A stretch of 64,000 nucleotides of DNA from Bacteroidota bacterium. GTDB lineage: Bacteria > Bacteroidota > Bacteroidia > Bacteroidales > WCHB1-69. The DNA lies in the NCBI GenBank assembly GCA_019135895.1, contig JAGVVH010000415.1:3226-67225 (forward strand), read 5' to 3'. Positions 9,957 through 19,463 of the stretch are shown here, in pieces; positions within the stretch are counted from its first letter, which is position 1; each line of letters starts with the position of its first letter. The notes beneath the pieces are model-generated. The model had not been told where the DNA came from and did not search any database. It saw only the letters and a list, made by a program, of their open reading frames with translations. Position numbers and translations under genes: made by a program.

Positions 9957-9985
9957 AAGAGGAGAATAATATCTCCTCTTTTTTT
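9957..9985 (+). terminator. rho-independent terminator after the lipoprotein gene
   Basis: Stem agaggaga (9958-9965) / tctcctct (9972-9979), 6-nt loop, then a T-run at 9980-9985. Confidence 0.7.
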
Positions 9986-10053
9986 ATGAAGAAGCATGTT
10001 ATTAATTCATTTTCTATGATTGAATTAATATTTTTTAAAATAATTTTTTTCTC

Positions 10054-10061
10054 TATTTTTG
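10054..10061 (+). promoter_or_regulatory. candidate -7 promoter box (TATTTTTG)
   Basis: TAnnTTTG match 24 nt upstream of ATG 10085. Confidence 0.5.
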
Positions 10062-10084
10062 CATTTCACTTAATAGTGCAAGGA

Positions 10085-13000
10085 ATGTTTAAAACCTATA
10101 AAGCCTCTGCCGGGTCAGGAAAAACAACCAATCTGGTTGCGGAATATTTATCGCTTTGCTTTTCAAATCCGCATAAGTATCGCAATATTTTGGCTGTAAC
10201 CTTTACTAATAATGCTACGGCACAAATGAAAGAGCGCATTATCAGCACGTTACAAAATTTTGTTTTTGAAACTGACTATAATAACTTAAAAGGTTCTGAT
10301 AAAGCTATTTTGAATTTAATTTCTAAAAATCTTCATTTGGGGCAAGGACAAAATGAGGACTATTTTCGTCAAAAATCTAAGGAACTCCTTCAGTTGATTT
10401 TATATGATTATCCCAATTTTTCAATTAGTACTATTGATAGTTTTTTTCAACGTGTGCTGAGGTCGTTTGCACTGGATTTGAAACTGAATCTTAATTATAA
10501 TCTCGAAATTCAGTTAGATGATTTTTTTACTCAGACTATTGATATATTGATGAATAAAATTTCTCGAAATTCTAAAAAATACCATGATTCCGGTCTAACT
10601 GACAGAGTGTTGTATTTGATGGAAAATAAGATGGATATCAGTGGCAGAAGTAATATTGAAGAAGAGTTGAGGAAGGTGTTGCTCTCCATATATGATGAAA
10701 ATTCTTATTTGCCGTTGAAAGAATTGAATAAATTGGAAGAAGATGAATTCCTTCAGAAATGTAAAATTCATAAAAATATTACTGGTAAATTCCGAAAAGA
10801 TGTTATAAAATTGGCTTTAGAAGGTGATGATATTATTAAAAGCAGCTCAATTCCGGAATCAAATTTCTATCAAGGAAATAGAGGCCCTTATTCATGGTTT
10901 TTAAATTTGGCTAAAAATCCTGATTCTACTTCTCAGGGGTATATGCTAAAAGCTATAGAACGTGAATCCTTTACCAAAAATAAAGGCGAATTGCCGGACG
11001 ATATACACCAACAATTGGTGGAGTTGTATTATAAAACTGTCGAAGCCCGCGATCTTTATATTTATGCGTCCATTTTGTCTCAAAATATTGAATCATTAAT
11101 GCTCATTTTTGATTTAAAAAAGATTATGGACGATATTAAGTTGAGGGACAATCTTTTCTATCTCAGTGAAACCAATGCTAAAATATATGATGAGATAAAA
11201 GATGAGGAAGCTCCCTATATATACGAAAAATTGGGAAACCGTTATTCCTATTTTTTAATTGATGAATTTCAAGACACTTCTCATTTACAGTGGAGAGATA
11301 TATTTCCTTTGGTGAAAAATGCACTTTCCGGCAGCAATCAATATCATGAAGAGGGGAAAACTATTATTTTTGGAGATGTGAAACAGGCCATTTATCGTTT
11401 CAGGAACGGGGATGCTGCTCTTTTGGATAAGCTCTCTTCTTTTGAAGGCTATCAAAATGAGTTTGGTTTTCATGAAAAAGATGATAGCAGGTTTGAGTTG
11501 ATTTCTTTGCAAACCAATTATCGTTCAAATTCCAATATTGTTGATTTTAACAATCAATTTTTTACTTATCTAAAGCAGATAACAAATAAAGAACTCCCTG
11601 TTTTTCCAAGGGCTGAAAGACTTTATGATGATGTAATTCAAGAGATAAAACCTGCTGCCAAATCAGGTTTTGTTTCCATTCAATTTAATTCCGGAGAATC
11701 AGAAAAATATGAAGAAGAAAAGGTACTTGAGGCTGTTAAGGATGCTCTAACTAGGCAATATAGTTTTAAAGACATTGCTGTTTTGACAAAAGACAGGGAA
11801 AGGGGAGTCCGCTTGGGGCAGATGTTATCAGAAAATAATATTCCGGTAATATCTTCTGATACGTTGCTGTTGAGTAACTCCGATAAAGTGAATATGATTA
11901 TAGCCACTTTAAAATATCTTAGTAATAGGGATGATAAATTATCCAAACTATTTATTGCCAATTATTTAATCAAATTTAAAAATAGCACCAATCATATTGA
12001 GGATATATATTCTTATTTGGAAAATGAAGACTCTTTCTCGATTTTTTTGCATTTTTTCAATATTACGATTTCCAAAGAGAGACTTTTGACATTTCCATTA
12101 TTTACCTTAATAAAAGAAATCATTATTTTATATGATTTTTTGGAATCCGATCTCTTTGTTGTTGGGCTGTTGGATGTGGTTTTTGAATACACTTCTAAAA
12201 ACAATAGCGATCTGACTCAATTTTTAAACTGGTGGGGAATGCAAGAGGGAAAACTTTCTATTACCTCCCCGAATAAAAATGATGCAGTTACTGTCACTAC
12301 AATTCATAAAGCAAAAGGCCTTCAATATCGTATAGTCATTATTCCTATAAACCAATATAAAGAGAAATCAAACAATAAGCTTTTTTGGTATAAAAATGAA
12401 AATGATAAATTTGGATTGCCATACGTGCCGATATCACTTTCCAAAAAATTGTGCGGGACTTCTCTCGAAGAATTGTATGACAATGAATCAGCACTGGCAA
12501 GTTTGGATAATCTAAATGTGCTCTATGTTGCACAAACCAGACCCCATGATGGTATGTATATTATTACCGGAAAAATGGATAAAGGTAACTATTCAAAGTA
12601 TTTATTTGATTTTTGTGACAAAAACAGGGATAATCCACTCTTTCACTTTTTAGAAAATATCCGTATTATTTATGGAGATATAGACTATTGCAAAATTAGT
12701 GAAGAGGAAGACAAGATACAATCGGAACATGGTATTTCCAGAATGCACACTTCGTCTTTTACCCCCGAATCAAAGCAGCTTGCTTATCAACTGTTTTCTT
12801 TACCATCGACCAAAGAAAAAGAGATCGGCCTTTTTGTTCACGATTTTTTATCTTCATTAACTAAATTTCCACAAACTTTTCAGGAAATTGAAGAAATGGA
12901 CTTAGCAATGGATGAAGAAAAAAAGTCAATGGTTAAAGGTGCTCTGAAAAAAATTATTGCCGATGAAACCCTCAAACCTTATTTTTTTACTGAGGCAGAG

Positions 13001-13204
13001 GTGTTGAATGAAATTTCAATATTAAAATCAGACGGTTCGGTACGACGTCCGGATAGGATCGTTATAACATCGGATGAAGTGATGGTAATTGATTATAAGA
13101 CGGGAAAAGAAAATTCCAAGTATCAAGAACAGCTAGAAGAGTATAAATCTCTTTTAATTGAAATGGGTTATAAAAATGTGCAGGGAAGATTGGTTTTCGT
13201 ATGA
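10085..13204 (+). CDS. UvrD-type helicase fused to a PD-(D/E)XK nuclease (AddA/RecB-like)
   Basis: MFKTYKASAGSGKTT (Walker A), LIDEFQDTS (motif II), TIHKAKGL, YVAQTR, and a C-terminal RPDRIV...VIDYKTGK nuclease motif. The ORF-track start 9953 (TTG) spans the upstream terminator and promoter box, so I use ATG 10085. Confidence 0.8.
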   Translation: MFKTYKASAGSGKTTNLVAEYLSLCFSNPHKYRNILAVTFTNNATAQMKERIISTLQNFVFETDYNNLKGSDKAILNLISKNLHLGQGQNEDYFRQKSKELLQLILYDYPNFSISTIDSFFQRVLRSFALDLKLNLNYNLEIQLDDFFTQTIDILMNKISRNSKKYHDSGLTDRVLYLMENKMDISGRSNIEEELRKVLLSIYDENSYLPLKELNKLEEDEFLQKCKIHKNITGKFRKDVIKLALEGDDIIKSSSIPESNFYQGNRGPYSWFLNLAKNPDSTSQGYMLKAIERESFTKNKGELPDDIHQQLVELYYKTVEARDLYIYASILSQNIESLMLIFDLKKIMDDIKLRDNLFYLSETNAKIYDEIKDEEAPYIYEKLGNRYSYFLIDEFQDTSHLQWRDIFPLVKNALSGSNQYHEEGKTIIFGDVKQAIYRFRNGDAALLDKLSSFEGYQNEFGFHEKDDSRFELISLQTNYRSNSNIVDFNNQFFTYLKQITNKELPVFPRAERLYDDVIQEIKPAAKSGFVSIQFNSGESEKYEEEKVLEAVKDALTRQYSFKDIAVLTKDRERGVRLGQMLSENNIPVISSDTLLLSNSDKVNMIIATLKYLSNRDDKLSKLFIANYLIKFKNSTNHIEDIYSYLENEDSFSIFLHFFNITISKERLLTFPLFTLIKEIIILYDFLESDLFVVGLLDVVFEYTSKNNSDLTQFLNWWGMQEGKLSITSPNKNDAVTVTTIHKAKGLQYRIVIIPINQYKEKSNNKLFWYKNENDKFGLPYVPISLSKKLCGTSLEELYDNESALASLDNLNVLYVAQTRPHDGMYIITGKMDKGNYSKYLFDFCDKNRDNPLFHFLENIRIIYGDIDYCKISEEEDKIQSEHGISRMHTSSFTPESKQLAYQLFSLPSTKEKEIGLFVHDFLSSLTKFPQTFQEIEEMDLAMDEEKKSMVKGALKKIIADETLKPYFFTEAEVLNEISILKSDGSVRRPDRIVITSDEVMVIDYKTGKENSKYQEQLEEYKSLLIEMGYKNVQGRLVFV

Positions 13205-13213
13205 AATAATTTG

Positions 13214-13221
13214 TATTTTTG
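13214..13221 (+). promoter_or_regulatory. candidate -7 promoter box (TATTTTTG)
   Basis: TAnnTTTG match 16 nt upstream of ATG 13237. Confidence 0.45.
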
Positions 13222-13236
13222 CGCCAAATAAGAGCA

Positions 13237-13941
13237 ATGAACTATAAACGGATTTTATTAAAATTAAGCGGTGAATCCTTAATGGGGGATGAGAACTATG
13301 GATTGGTTTATCAGGCCGTTAAACACTATGCAAGTGAAATTAAATCTGTTACCGATCTTGGCATTCAGGTTGGAGTTGTGATAGGCGGAGGAAATATCTT
13401 TCGTGGCGTAAAAGGAGCCGGCATTGGTTTTGACCGACGCAAGGGAGATTATATGGGAATGCTGGCAACGGTCATCAATTCTATGGCTTTGGAAGCAGTG
13501 TTAGAAGAAATGGCTGTAAAGGTAAAAGTTATGACAGCTTTTGCCATCGAAGGATTGGGTGAAAAAATCTATTATCAAAATGCTGTTCGCTACTTGGAAG
13601 ATGGATATGTGGTTATTTTTGCCGGGGGAACGGGAAATCCTTTTTTCACAACCGATTCGGGAGCTGCCCTTCGTGCTGTTGAAATAAAAGCTGACGTGTT
13701 ATTGAAGGGAACCAGAGTGGATGGAATTTATTCGTCCGACCCTGAGAAAGACCCTGATGCCATTAAATTTGATGAATTAACCTTTATGGATGCTTATAAC
13801 AAAGAGCTTCATATAATGGATTTGACAGCTTTTACTCTTTGTCGTGATAATAATATGCCAATCTGTGTCTTTAATGTCAATGTTAAAGGAAATCTTTTGA
13901 AACTATCTTCCGGAGAAAAAATTGGCACAATTGTCAAATAA
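13237..13941 (+). CDS. pyrH: UMP kinase
   Basis: MNYKRILLKLSGESL..., VIGGGNIFRG, FAGGTGNPFFTTDSGAALRA. The ORF-track start 13219 is a TTG. Confidence 0.93.
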   Translation: MNYKRILLKLSGESLMGDENYGLVYQAVKHYASEIKSVTDLGIQVGVVIGGGNIFRGVKGAGIGFDRRKGDYMGMLATVINSMALEAVLEEMAVKVKVMTAFAIEGLGEKIYYQNAVRYLEDGYVVIFAGGTGNPFFTTDSGAALRAVEIKADVLLKGTRVDGIYSSDPEKDPDAIKFDELTFMDAYNKELHIMDLTAFTLCRDNNMPICVFNVNVKGNLLKLSSGEKIGTIVK

Positions 13942-13977
13942 TTCCGGATTTTTAAAAACAATTTTAAACGGTGAATT

Positions 13978-14412
13978 ATGGATGAAAAGATGACCAATTT
14001 TCAAAATGTAACTTCTGATTTGGACAATAATAGCCAAGTGGATTCTACCTCACCAAATCCCGATAATTCCGAGATGGTTGATAAGAAACTTTACAAAAAA
14101 GCTACCCGAAGAGCTGCATTTAAAATTCATCTCGCCATTTATGTTATAGTTAATCTGATTTTTTGGTTAATTTGGTTTTTTATCATTAAAAGTGAACCCC
14201 TCGATCCGACAAGTATTAAAATATTAAAAACTTTAATTTTCTTTACCATTGTATGGCTGTTATTGTTAGTGGGGCATTATTTGGCGGTATATAGGTGGAA
14301 CAAAACGCTTGTTGAAAAGGAATTGAATAAATTATTGAAAGAAAATAAGGCAAATGAGGAAAAACTGAGAATAGAAAGACAAAAAAAAATCAATAGTCAG
14401 CAAAGTAATTAG
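13978..14412 (+). CDS. 2TM-domain membrane protein, unknown function
   Basis: KKATRRAAFKIHLAIYVIVNLIFWLIWFF followed by a second hydrophobic helix, then a charged coiled C-terminus. Confidence 0.55.
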   Translation: MDEKMTNFQNVTSDLDNNSQVDSTSPNPDNSEMVDKKLYKKATRRAAFKIHLAIYVIVNLIFWLIWFFIIKSEPLDPTSIKILKTLIFFTIVWLLLLVGHYLAVYRWNKTLVEKELNKLLKENKANEEKLRIERQKKINSQQSN

Positions 14413-14434
14413 AATTTTTTTAATAGATATAACT

Positions 14435-14998
14435 ATGACAGAAGAATCCAAAAAATGTTTTGAGCAGGCTAAAGAAGCAATGAATCTAACTATAACTTTT
14501 TTTGATAAAGAGTTGCAAAAAGTTCATGCCGGAAAAGCAACTCCCCAGATGCTTGAAGGGCTAAAAGTAGATTATTACGGGAACCCAACACCTGTTGAAC
14601 AAGTTGCAAATATCAACACGCCTGATGCCCGTCAGATTATCATTCAACCTTGGGAACGCAATATGCTTTCGGCAATTGAAAAAGCAATTTTAGCTGCCAA
14701 CTTAGGTTTTACACCCCAAAATAACGGAGAATTTATTAGAATTGTGGTTCCAACTCCAACCGAAGAGAGAAGAAAAGAACTAGTAAAAAAAATAAAACAA
14801 GATTCTGAACAAAATAAAGTTACCATTCGTAATATTAGGCGTTCAGCAAATGAAACTGCTAAAAAATTAAAAGATTCCGGACTTCCCGAGGATGATACTA
14901 AAAAACTGGAAGATGATATCCAGAAAATTACTAATGAGTATATAACAAAAATAGATAAAATGGCTGAAGCCAAAGAAAAAGAAATAATGACAGTATAA
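14435..14998 (+). CDS. frr: ribosome recycling factor
   Basis: Length 187 aa. LQKVHAGKATPQMLEGLKVDYYG, IQPWE and TEERRKELVK are characteristic. Confidence 0.93.
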   Translation: MTEESKKCFEQAKEAMNLTITFFDKELQKVHAGKATPQMLEGLKVDYYGNPTPVEQVANINTPDARQIIIQPWERNMLSAIEKAILAANLGFTPQNNGEFIRIVVPTPTEERRKELVKKIKQDSEQNKVTIRNIRRSANETAKKLKDSGLPEDDTKKLEDDIQKITNEYITKIDKMAEAKEKEIMTV

Positions 14999-15010
14999 AT
15001 TATTAAAACT

Positions 15011-15391
15011 ATGAATGTACCAACAAATTTAAAGTATTCAAAAGACCACGAATGGGTAAAAATCGAAGGAGATATTGCTTACATTGGAATTACTGCTTAT
15101 GCAGCTGACCAGTTAGGAGATATCGTTTTTATTGATGTAACAACAGTTGGAGATAATCTCGACAAAGAAGAGGTTTTTGGAACAATTGAAGCAGTAAAAA
15201 CTGTATCTGATATTTTTATGCCAATTGGTGGTGAAATTATTGAGTTTAATGAAGCACTTGAAGGGAATCCCGGATTGGTTAATACAGATCCCTATGGCGA
15301 AGCGTGGATTATAAAAATTAATCCTACCGATGTTTCGGAAATGAATGATTTGTTAGACGCTGATGCTTATAAAGCTTTAATTGGCGAATAA
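15011..15391 (+). CDS. gcvH: glycine cleavage system protein H
   Basis: [23 protein letters not shown], and lipoyl-lysine context EAVKTVSD. Confidence 0.92.
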   Translation: MNVPTNLKYSKDHEWVKIEGDIAYIGITAYAADQLGDIVFIDVTTVGDNLDKEEVFGTIEAVKTVSDIFMPIGGEIIEFNEALEGNPGLVNTDPYGEAWIIKINPTDVSEMNDLLDADAYKALIGE

Positions 15392-15410
15392 AAATTTTCT
15401 TTTCCAATAT

Positions 15411-15458
15411 AGAAGTATTAAGTGCATAAAAATTGTCACTTAATACTTCTTTTTTTTA
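15411..15458 (+). terminator. rho-independent terminator after gcvH
   Basis: Perfect 14-bp stem agaagtattaagtg (15411-15424) / cacttaatacttct (15437-15450) followed by a T8 run. Confidence 0.8.
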
Positions 15459-15489
15459 TCAAAAAAAATGGATGTAAGTAATAAATTGT

Positions 15490-15497
15490 TATTTTTG
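15490..15497 (+). promoter_or_regulatory. candidate -7 promoter box (TATTTTTG)
   Basis: TAnnTTTG match 45 nt upstream of ATG 15542. Confidence 0.45.
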
Positions 15498-15541
15498 CAG
15501 TTCTTAAAATAATAGAATATTAACATCTAAAAACTTTAGAT

Positions 15542-16228
15542 ATGATAATCAAAAAATCGCCAAAAGGAGACTTGGAAAGCAGGAGGAATATGTTCCTATT
15601 AATAGGACTTGTTTTAGTTCTTGCCCTTGTTTATGTTGCATTTGAGCTTTTTGCAACACAGGAAAAATCTCAGGTCATGACTGTAGAGGAAGAAGAATAT
15701 GTCGATATAATGGATGAGAATGTTTTGGCCACCGACCAAACGCCACCTCCACCGGCTCCTGCAGTACAGCAACAGACAGAAGTTGTAATCAATATTGTGG
15801 AAGACAATATTAAAGTTACTACAGATTGGGATTTTAGTCAGGATTTTGATGAATCTGCTGTTATTGAAGAATATACACCGATTGATATCGTTGAGGGAGC
15901 AGTTGACGATACTCCTCCTGTCCGTTTTGCTGAAGAGATGCCTGAGTTTATTGGCGGAGAAGAAGCTTTGTATAAATTTTTGAGCAATGAGCTGAAATAC
16001 CCCAATTTGGCTAAAGAAAATTTAATTCAGGGTACTGTTCTTGTTGAATTTGTTATTGAGAGAGACGGAAGTCCAAGTAATGTAAAAGTATTGGTCTCTC
16101 TTTTCCCAGATTGTGATCAGGAAGCTATGAGAGTTATTAAAAGTATGCCTAAATGGAAACCCGGAAAACAAATGGGAAGACCGGTTCGTTGTTTCTACAA
16201 TATTCCTATTAGATTTACATTACAGTAA
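15542..16228 (+). CDS. energy transducer TonB family protein
   Basis: N-terminal TM anchor, Pro-rich linker TPPPPAPAVQQ, and C-terminal TonB domain YPNLAKENLIQGTVLVEFVIERDGSPSNVKV. Confidence 0.85.
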   Translation: MIIKKSPKGDLESRRNMFLLIGLVLVLALVYVAFELFATQEKSQVMTVEEEEYVDIMDENVLATDQTPPPPAPAVQQQTEVVINIVEDNIKVTTDWDFSQDFDESAVIEEYTPIDIVEGAVDDTPPVRFAEEMPEFIGGEEALYKFLSNELKYPNLAKENLIQGTVLVEFVIERDGSPSNVKVLVSLFPDCDQEAMRVIKSMPKWKPGKQMGRPVRCFYNIPIRFTLQ

Positions 16229-16244
16229 ATTTTAAACTTAACAT

Positions 16245-16278
16245 AAAAAAAGAGAGGTCAACTGACCTCTCTTTTTTT
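16245..16278. terminator. bidirectional terminator between convergent genes
   Basis: Stem agagaggtca (16251-16260) / tgacctctct (16263-16272), flanked by an A-run upstream and a T-run downstream. Confidence 0.75.
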
Positions 16279-16280
16279 GT

Positions 16281-16796
16281 TTAAAATAAAATTGATATAT
16301 CTTCTTTAAGTGCTTTCATTGCAAGAGTTCCGGGAGATTTAGCAGATACTTTTTCTAATATGGAAGTAGCTAAATCAATGCTCGTAGCTTTATCGTCCAA
16401 TTTTCCCGCACAAAGATTGATAAGTTGAATAGTCTCCTCTTTTGCCTGAACAATAAGGTCCCAAACGACTGAAGAAATATAAATCTGTTGAGACAGGTTG
16501 TGTTCAAATTCTGCACGGATAGATGTTAACATGATTGTCTTGAACTGCTCAGAAGTCAAATTCTGATTATTTAAACGTTGAATGAGCTGATTTGGTTCTA
16601 TTCTTTCTAAAAACATCGCCATTCTTTCATATGCCTGAAGCCTAATGGGAGTAATCAATGACTTAGAATTATATTTAAGTTCAAGAATTCTTTTTTTCTG
16701 ATCATTTTCCAAGAAATATTTAATTGAAAAAAAAGCAGTAAAAAAAACCACAGCACCGGCAAAAGCAATTCCAATAATATACCAAAAGATTTCCAT
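16281..16796 (-). CDS. membrane-anchored hypothetical protein
   Basis: Single N-terminal TM helix (IIGIAFAGAVVFFTAFFSI) then a helical soluble domain. No family recognised. Confidence 0.5.
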   Translation of the reverse strand: MEIFWYIIGIAFAGAVVFFTAFFSIKYFLENDQKKRILELKYNSKSLITPIRLQAYERMAMFLERIEPNQLIQRLNNQNLTSEQFKTIMLTSIRAEFEHNLSQQIYISSVVWDLIVQAKEETIQLINLCAGKLDDKATSIDLATSILEKVSAKSPGTLAMKALKEDISILF

Positions 16797-16837
16797 AAAA
16801 TCGTAATTTTAAAATATAAAAAAAATATGTTTAATGA

Positions 16838-18346
16838 TTAACCGCAATGAAAATAGGTATGAACCAATTCTGACAATTTTTTTGCATTTAATTCTACTTC
16901 TTTTCTAATATTCTTGTCATTAAATGATTTAAGATGTTTTACAATATCATCAATCATTTCAGCATCAAATACACCATGTTTTTCAAAGATATGACGATGG
17001 GCTGATAATTCGTCGGCAGATTCCCAACAGCTGGCAGGTAATTGTCCAAGTTTAAGAAGTTTACTTTTGTTTTCAGGACTATGAATATTAACATCAACAT
17101 AAGTTGATTTTGCAAAGTCAAGTGCACTTTCCATTTCGAATCCATAACGAGCAGCAACGGCAAGACCGGCAATCAAAAGATAAATGTCGGCTGAACCATC
17201 CGGGCATCTGAATTCAACAGTTTGTTTTTGAGTAAGGTCTTCCGAGTTTCCTTTTTCAAGAGGATTTACCTCAGCAATCATATCATTTTTGTGAGTCCAT
17301 CCCAGAGGAACTCTTACCAAAACAGAGCGGTTTCTATCTCCCCAGCAAATAGAAGTTGGGGCTTCCTGATGAGGTACTAAACGAAAATAGGAGGTTGGAT
17401 TGGTGTTGCCAAAAGCAGTAAGAGAAGATGCACAAGTCATGTATCCGGCAATGGCAGATTTGGCAATTGAATTTAGTTTTCCTTTAGTAACCATTTGGTT
17501 GACGCCATTCTTGTTCACAATTCTAGTATGGATATGAAGTCCGCTTCCTGCTTTTCCGGTAGTTATTTTTGGGGCAAAAGTAACATTCAATCCATACTGA
17601 TAGGCCATAGTTCTGATAATCCATTTTGCAATTACCAGCTGATCAGCGGCATCCTGAGCATCACAAACTAAAAATTCAATTTCATTCTGTTCATAGATTT
17701 TGTTGTCTAAAGTAAAATTACCGACTTCAGAGTGTCCGTATTTAATCTGACCTCCTGCTTTTGCAATACTAAGCATACATTCTGTCCGGAATTGTTCAAA
17801 TTTTGTAAAAGGAGCAGATTCATGATATCCTTTTTGGTCAGGGGTTTCATAAAGGTCATCTTTTTCTCCAATGACATAATATTCCAATTCACCCATAGCC
17901 TGGAAAGTCATATTGGTAACTTTCGTAAAAGCACTACATGCCTTTTTGAGAATATATTCGGGAGAATTCTGCATAGGTTTTCCATCTTTGTTGAAATAGG
18001 AGCATAGAAAACATAAAGAAGGAATATCGCTGAATGGATCTATAAAGGCAGTACTAAAACGGGGGATAACATATAAGTCGCTTGAATCTGCATGAATAAA
18101 GTCTGGGAAAATATTAGAACCGTCCACTCTTTCACCAGCAGATAGAATTTGTTCAAGATAGTCGCGGTTATTGATGACAAAATTCAGGCTTTTTAATTTT
18201 CCGTCACCTGCAACATACCTAAAATTAATCATTTTGATTTCATTCTCTTCAACATACTTAATTATGTCAGCTTTTGTAAATTCTTTGGGAGATTTCTTTA
18301 AAAAGATGACTAAGGGATTTAGACTTAATGCAATGTTTTCTTTCAT
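16838..18346 (-). CDS. glnA: glutamine synthetase (about 500-aa type)
   Basis: Beta-grasp N-domain. Catalytic-domain motifs FAPKITTGKAGSGLHIHT, NPTSYFRLVPHQEAP and VRVPLG. Confidence 0.85.
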   Translation of the reverse strand: MKENIALSLNPLVIFLKKSPKEFTKADIIKYVEENEIKMINFRYVAGDGKLKSLNFVINNRDYLEQILSAGERVDGSNIFPDFIHADSSDLYVIPRFSTAFIDPFSDIPSLCFLCSYFNKDGKPMQNSPEYILKKACSAFTKVTNMTFQAMGELEYYVIGEKDDLYETPDQKGYHESAPFTKFEQFRTECMLSIAKAGGQIKYGHSEVGNFTLDNKIYEQNEIEFLVCDAQDAADQLVIAKWIIRTMAYQYGLNVTFAPKITTGKAGSGLHIHTRIVNKNGVNQMVTKGKLNSIAKSAIAGYMTCASSLTAFGNTNPTSYFRLVPHQEAPTSICWGDRNRSVLVRVPLGWTHKNDMIAEVNPLEKGNSEDLTQKQTVEFRCPDGSADIYLLIAGLAVAARYGFEMESALDFAKSTYVDVNIHSPENKSKLLKLGQLPASCWESADELSAHRHIFEKHGVFDAEMIDDIVKHLKSFNDKNIRKEVELNAKKLSELVHTYFHCG

Positions 18347-18411
18347 AACTCAGAATGTTTATTATTAATATTATATATAAATTCAACTAATAGTATGCAA
18401 AAATAGAGATA

Positions 18412-19389
18412 TTATTGATTTAAAAGCTTGAAATATCTTTTAATTTCAACTTTCATTCTTTCATTGCTGCCAAAACTAACGTTTTTTGGTTCGATTCCAT
18501 TTTTAAACATAACCATTCCGGCATCGCTGGTGGAAATATAAGGAGTGATATCAAATTCGGCCACTTCGTTCATTTTGTAATCACGAATTAATATATTAGA
18601 GTATCCGGAATAGACTTCTTCAAAGTAAATATTTTTTTCTTCACAATATGACTGTAAAATGGGAATATACTCATCCCACTCTTCCGGTTTGTTTTCTTTA
18701 TTATAATAAAAAACTACCGCATTGTAATTGGCACTATCCTGTTGTTGAACATGTTCAAATCTACTCATTTCATTAATATAATACTTGTCCATAACGAAAT
18801 ATGATTTTTGAAATGCGGAAGGATCGTTTTCTATTTCTGTTTTAGTAACATCAACGACAGATTTAATCCATTCATAGGATTTTTCAACAACAAAAGCTCC
18901 ATCTGATTCACGACGGGTAGTCCACACTTCGGTTTCAAGTACATTTTGGTTTTGGACTGCAAGATTAACCGCAACGGGAATTAGGTCAAGAATTCGTTGT
19001 GTTCCAAGTCCCGAAGTAATCACTAAATAAATCCACTCCCTACTTTTTGATTGTACCATCCACAACTCTCTGCCTTCAGGCAATCTTTCAATACAAACAA
19101 CACCCCATTCATTTGGAAAGTCAATTTTTGTTCGAACAGGTTCTCCTTCAAAATCGTTTGCCTGTCTGATAAATTCTTGTAAAAAATCTTCACTGACAGG
19201 ATATAAAGGTGAGTTATCAGAAAGTGATGTGGCAATAGTATTAGAAATTATGGTAATAGGGTAATCAACTGTTTCCGTTAATGTCTCCGTCGGTGGAGGC
19301 GTTTTTTGTTTCCTGCAGGAGGAGCCACTAAATACTAATATTAAAACCGTGAGTGTTATGATAAAAATTTCTTTTAGGTAAGTTTTCAT
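18412..19389 (-). CDS. hypothetical lipoprotein
   Basis: Signal peptide plus lipobox VFSGSSC. No recognised domain. Confidence 0.5.
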   Translation of the reverse strand: MKTYLKEIFIITLTVLILVFSGSSCRKQKTPPPTETLTETVDYPITIISNTIATSLSDNSPLYPVSEDFLQEFIRQANDFEGEPVRTKIDFPNEWGVVCIERLPEGRELWMVQSKSREWIYLVITSGLGTQRILDLIPVAVNLAVQNQNVLETEVWTTRRESDGAFVVEKSYEWIKSVVDVTKTEIENDPSAFQKSYFVMDKYYINEMSRFEHVQQQDSANYNAVVFYYNKENKPEEWDEYIPILQSYCEEKNIYFEEVYSGYSNILIRDYKMNEVAEFDITPYISTSDAGMVMFKNGIEPKNVSFGSNERMKVEIKRYFKLLNQ

Positions 19390-19463
19390 ATTAATACAAA
19401 ATTATTGAATCGGTATAATAGACTAGGGCAAAGATAATATATTTTTGATAATAATTTAAGAAG

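Noticed and set aside
9953-10084. The ORF track extends the helicase-nuclease N-terminus by 44 codons from a TTG start.
   Set aside because: The extension runs through the upstream gene's terminator hairpin (9957-9985) and the TAnnTTTG box (10054-10061). ATG 10085 places the Walker A motif at the normal distance from the N-terminus. Similar TTG/GTG extensions were trimmed at 3283, 13219, 36663, 46097, 48891, 50170 and 56545.
10085-13204. A stand-alone UvrD/PD-(D/E)XK helicase-nuclease as a possible defence gene.
   Set aside because: It has an AddA/RecB-like architecture with all helicase motifs, sits among housekeeping genes (pyrH, frr), and has no partner typical of defence islands. It is most simply a recombination/repair enzyme whose AddB-like partner lies elsewhere.
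13978-14412. A 2TM-domain gene inserted between pyrH and frr, as a possible functional link to translation.
   Set aside because: Only adjacency supports this. The protein has no informative motif, and small membrane genes are commonly interspersed in such clusters.
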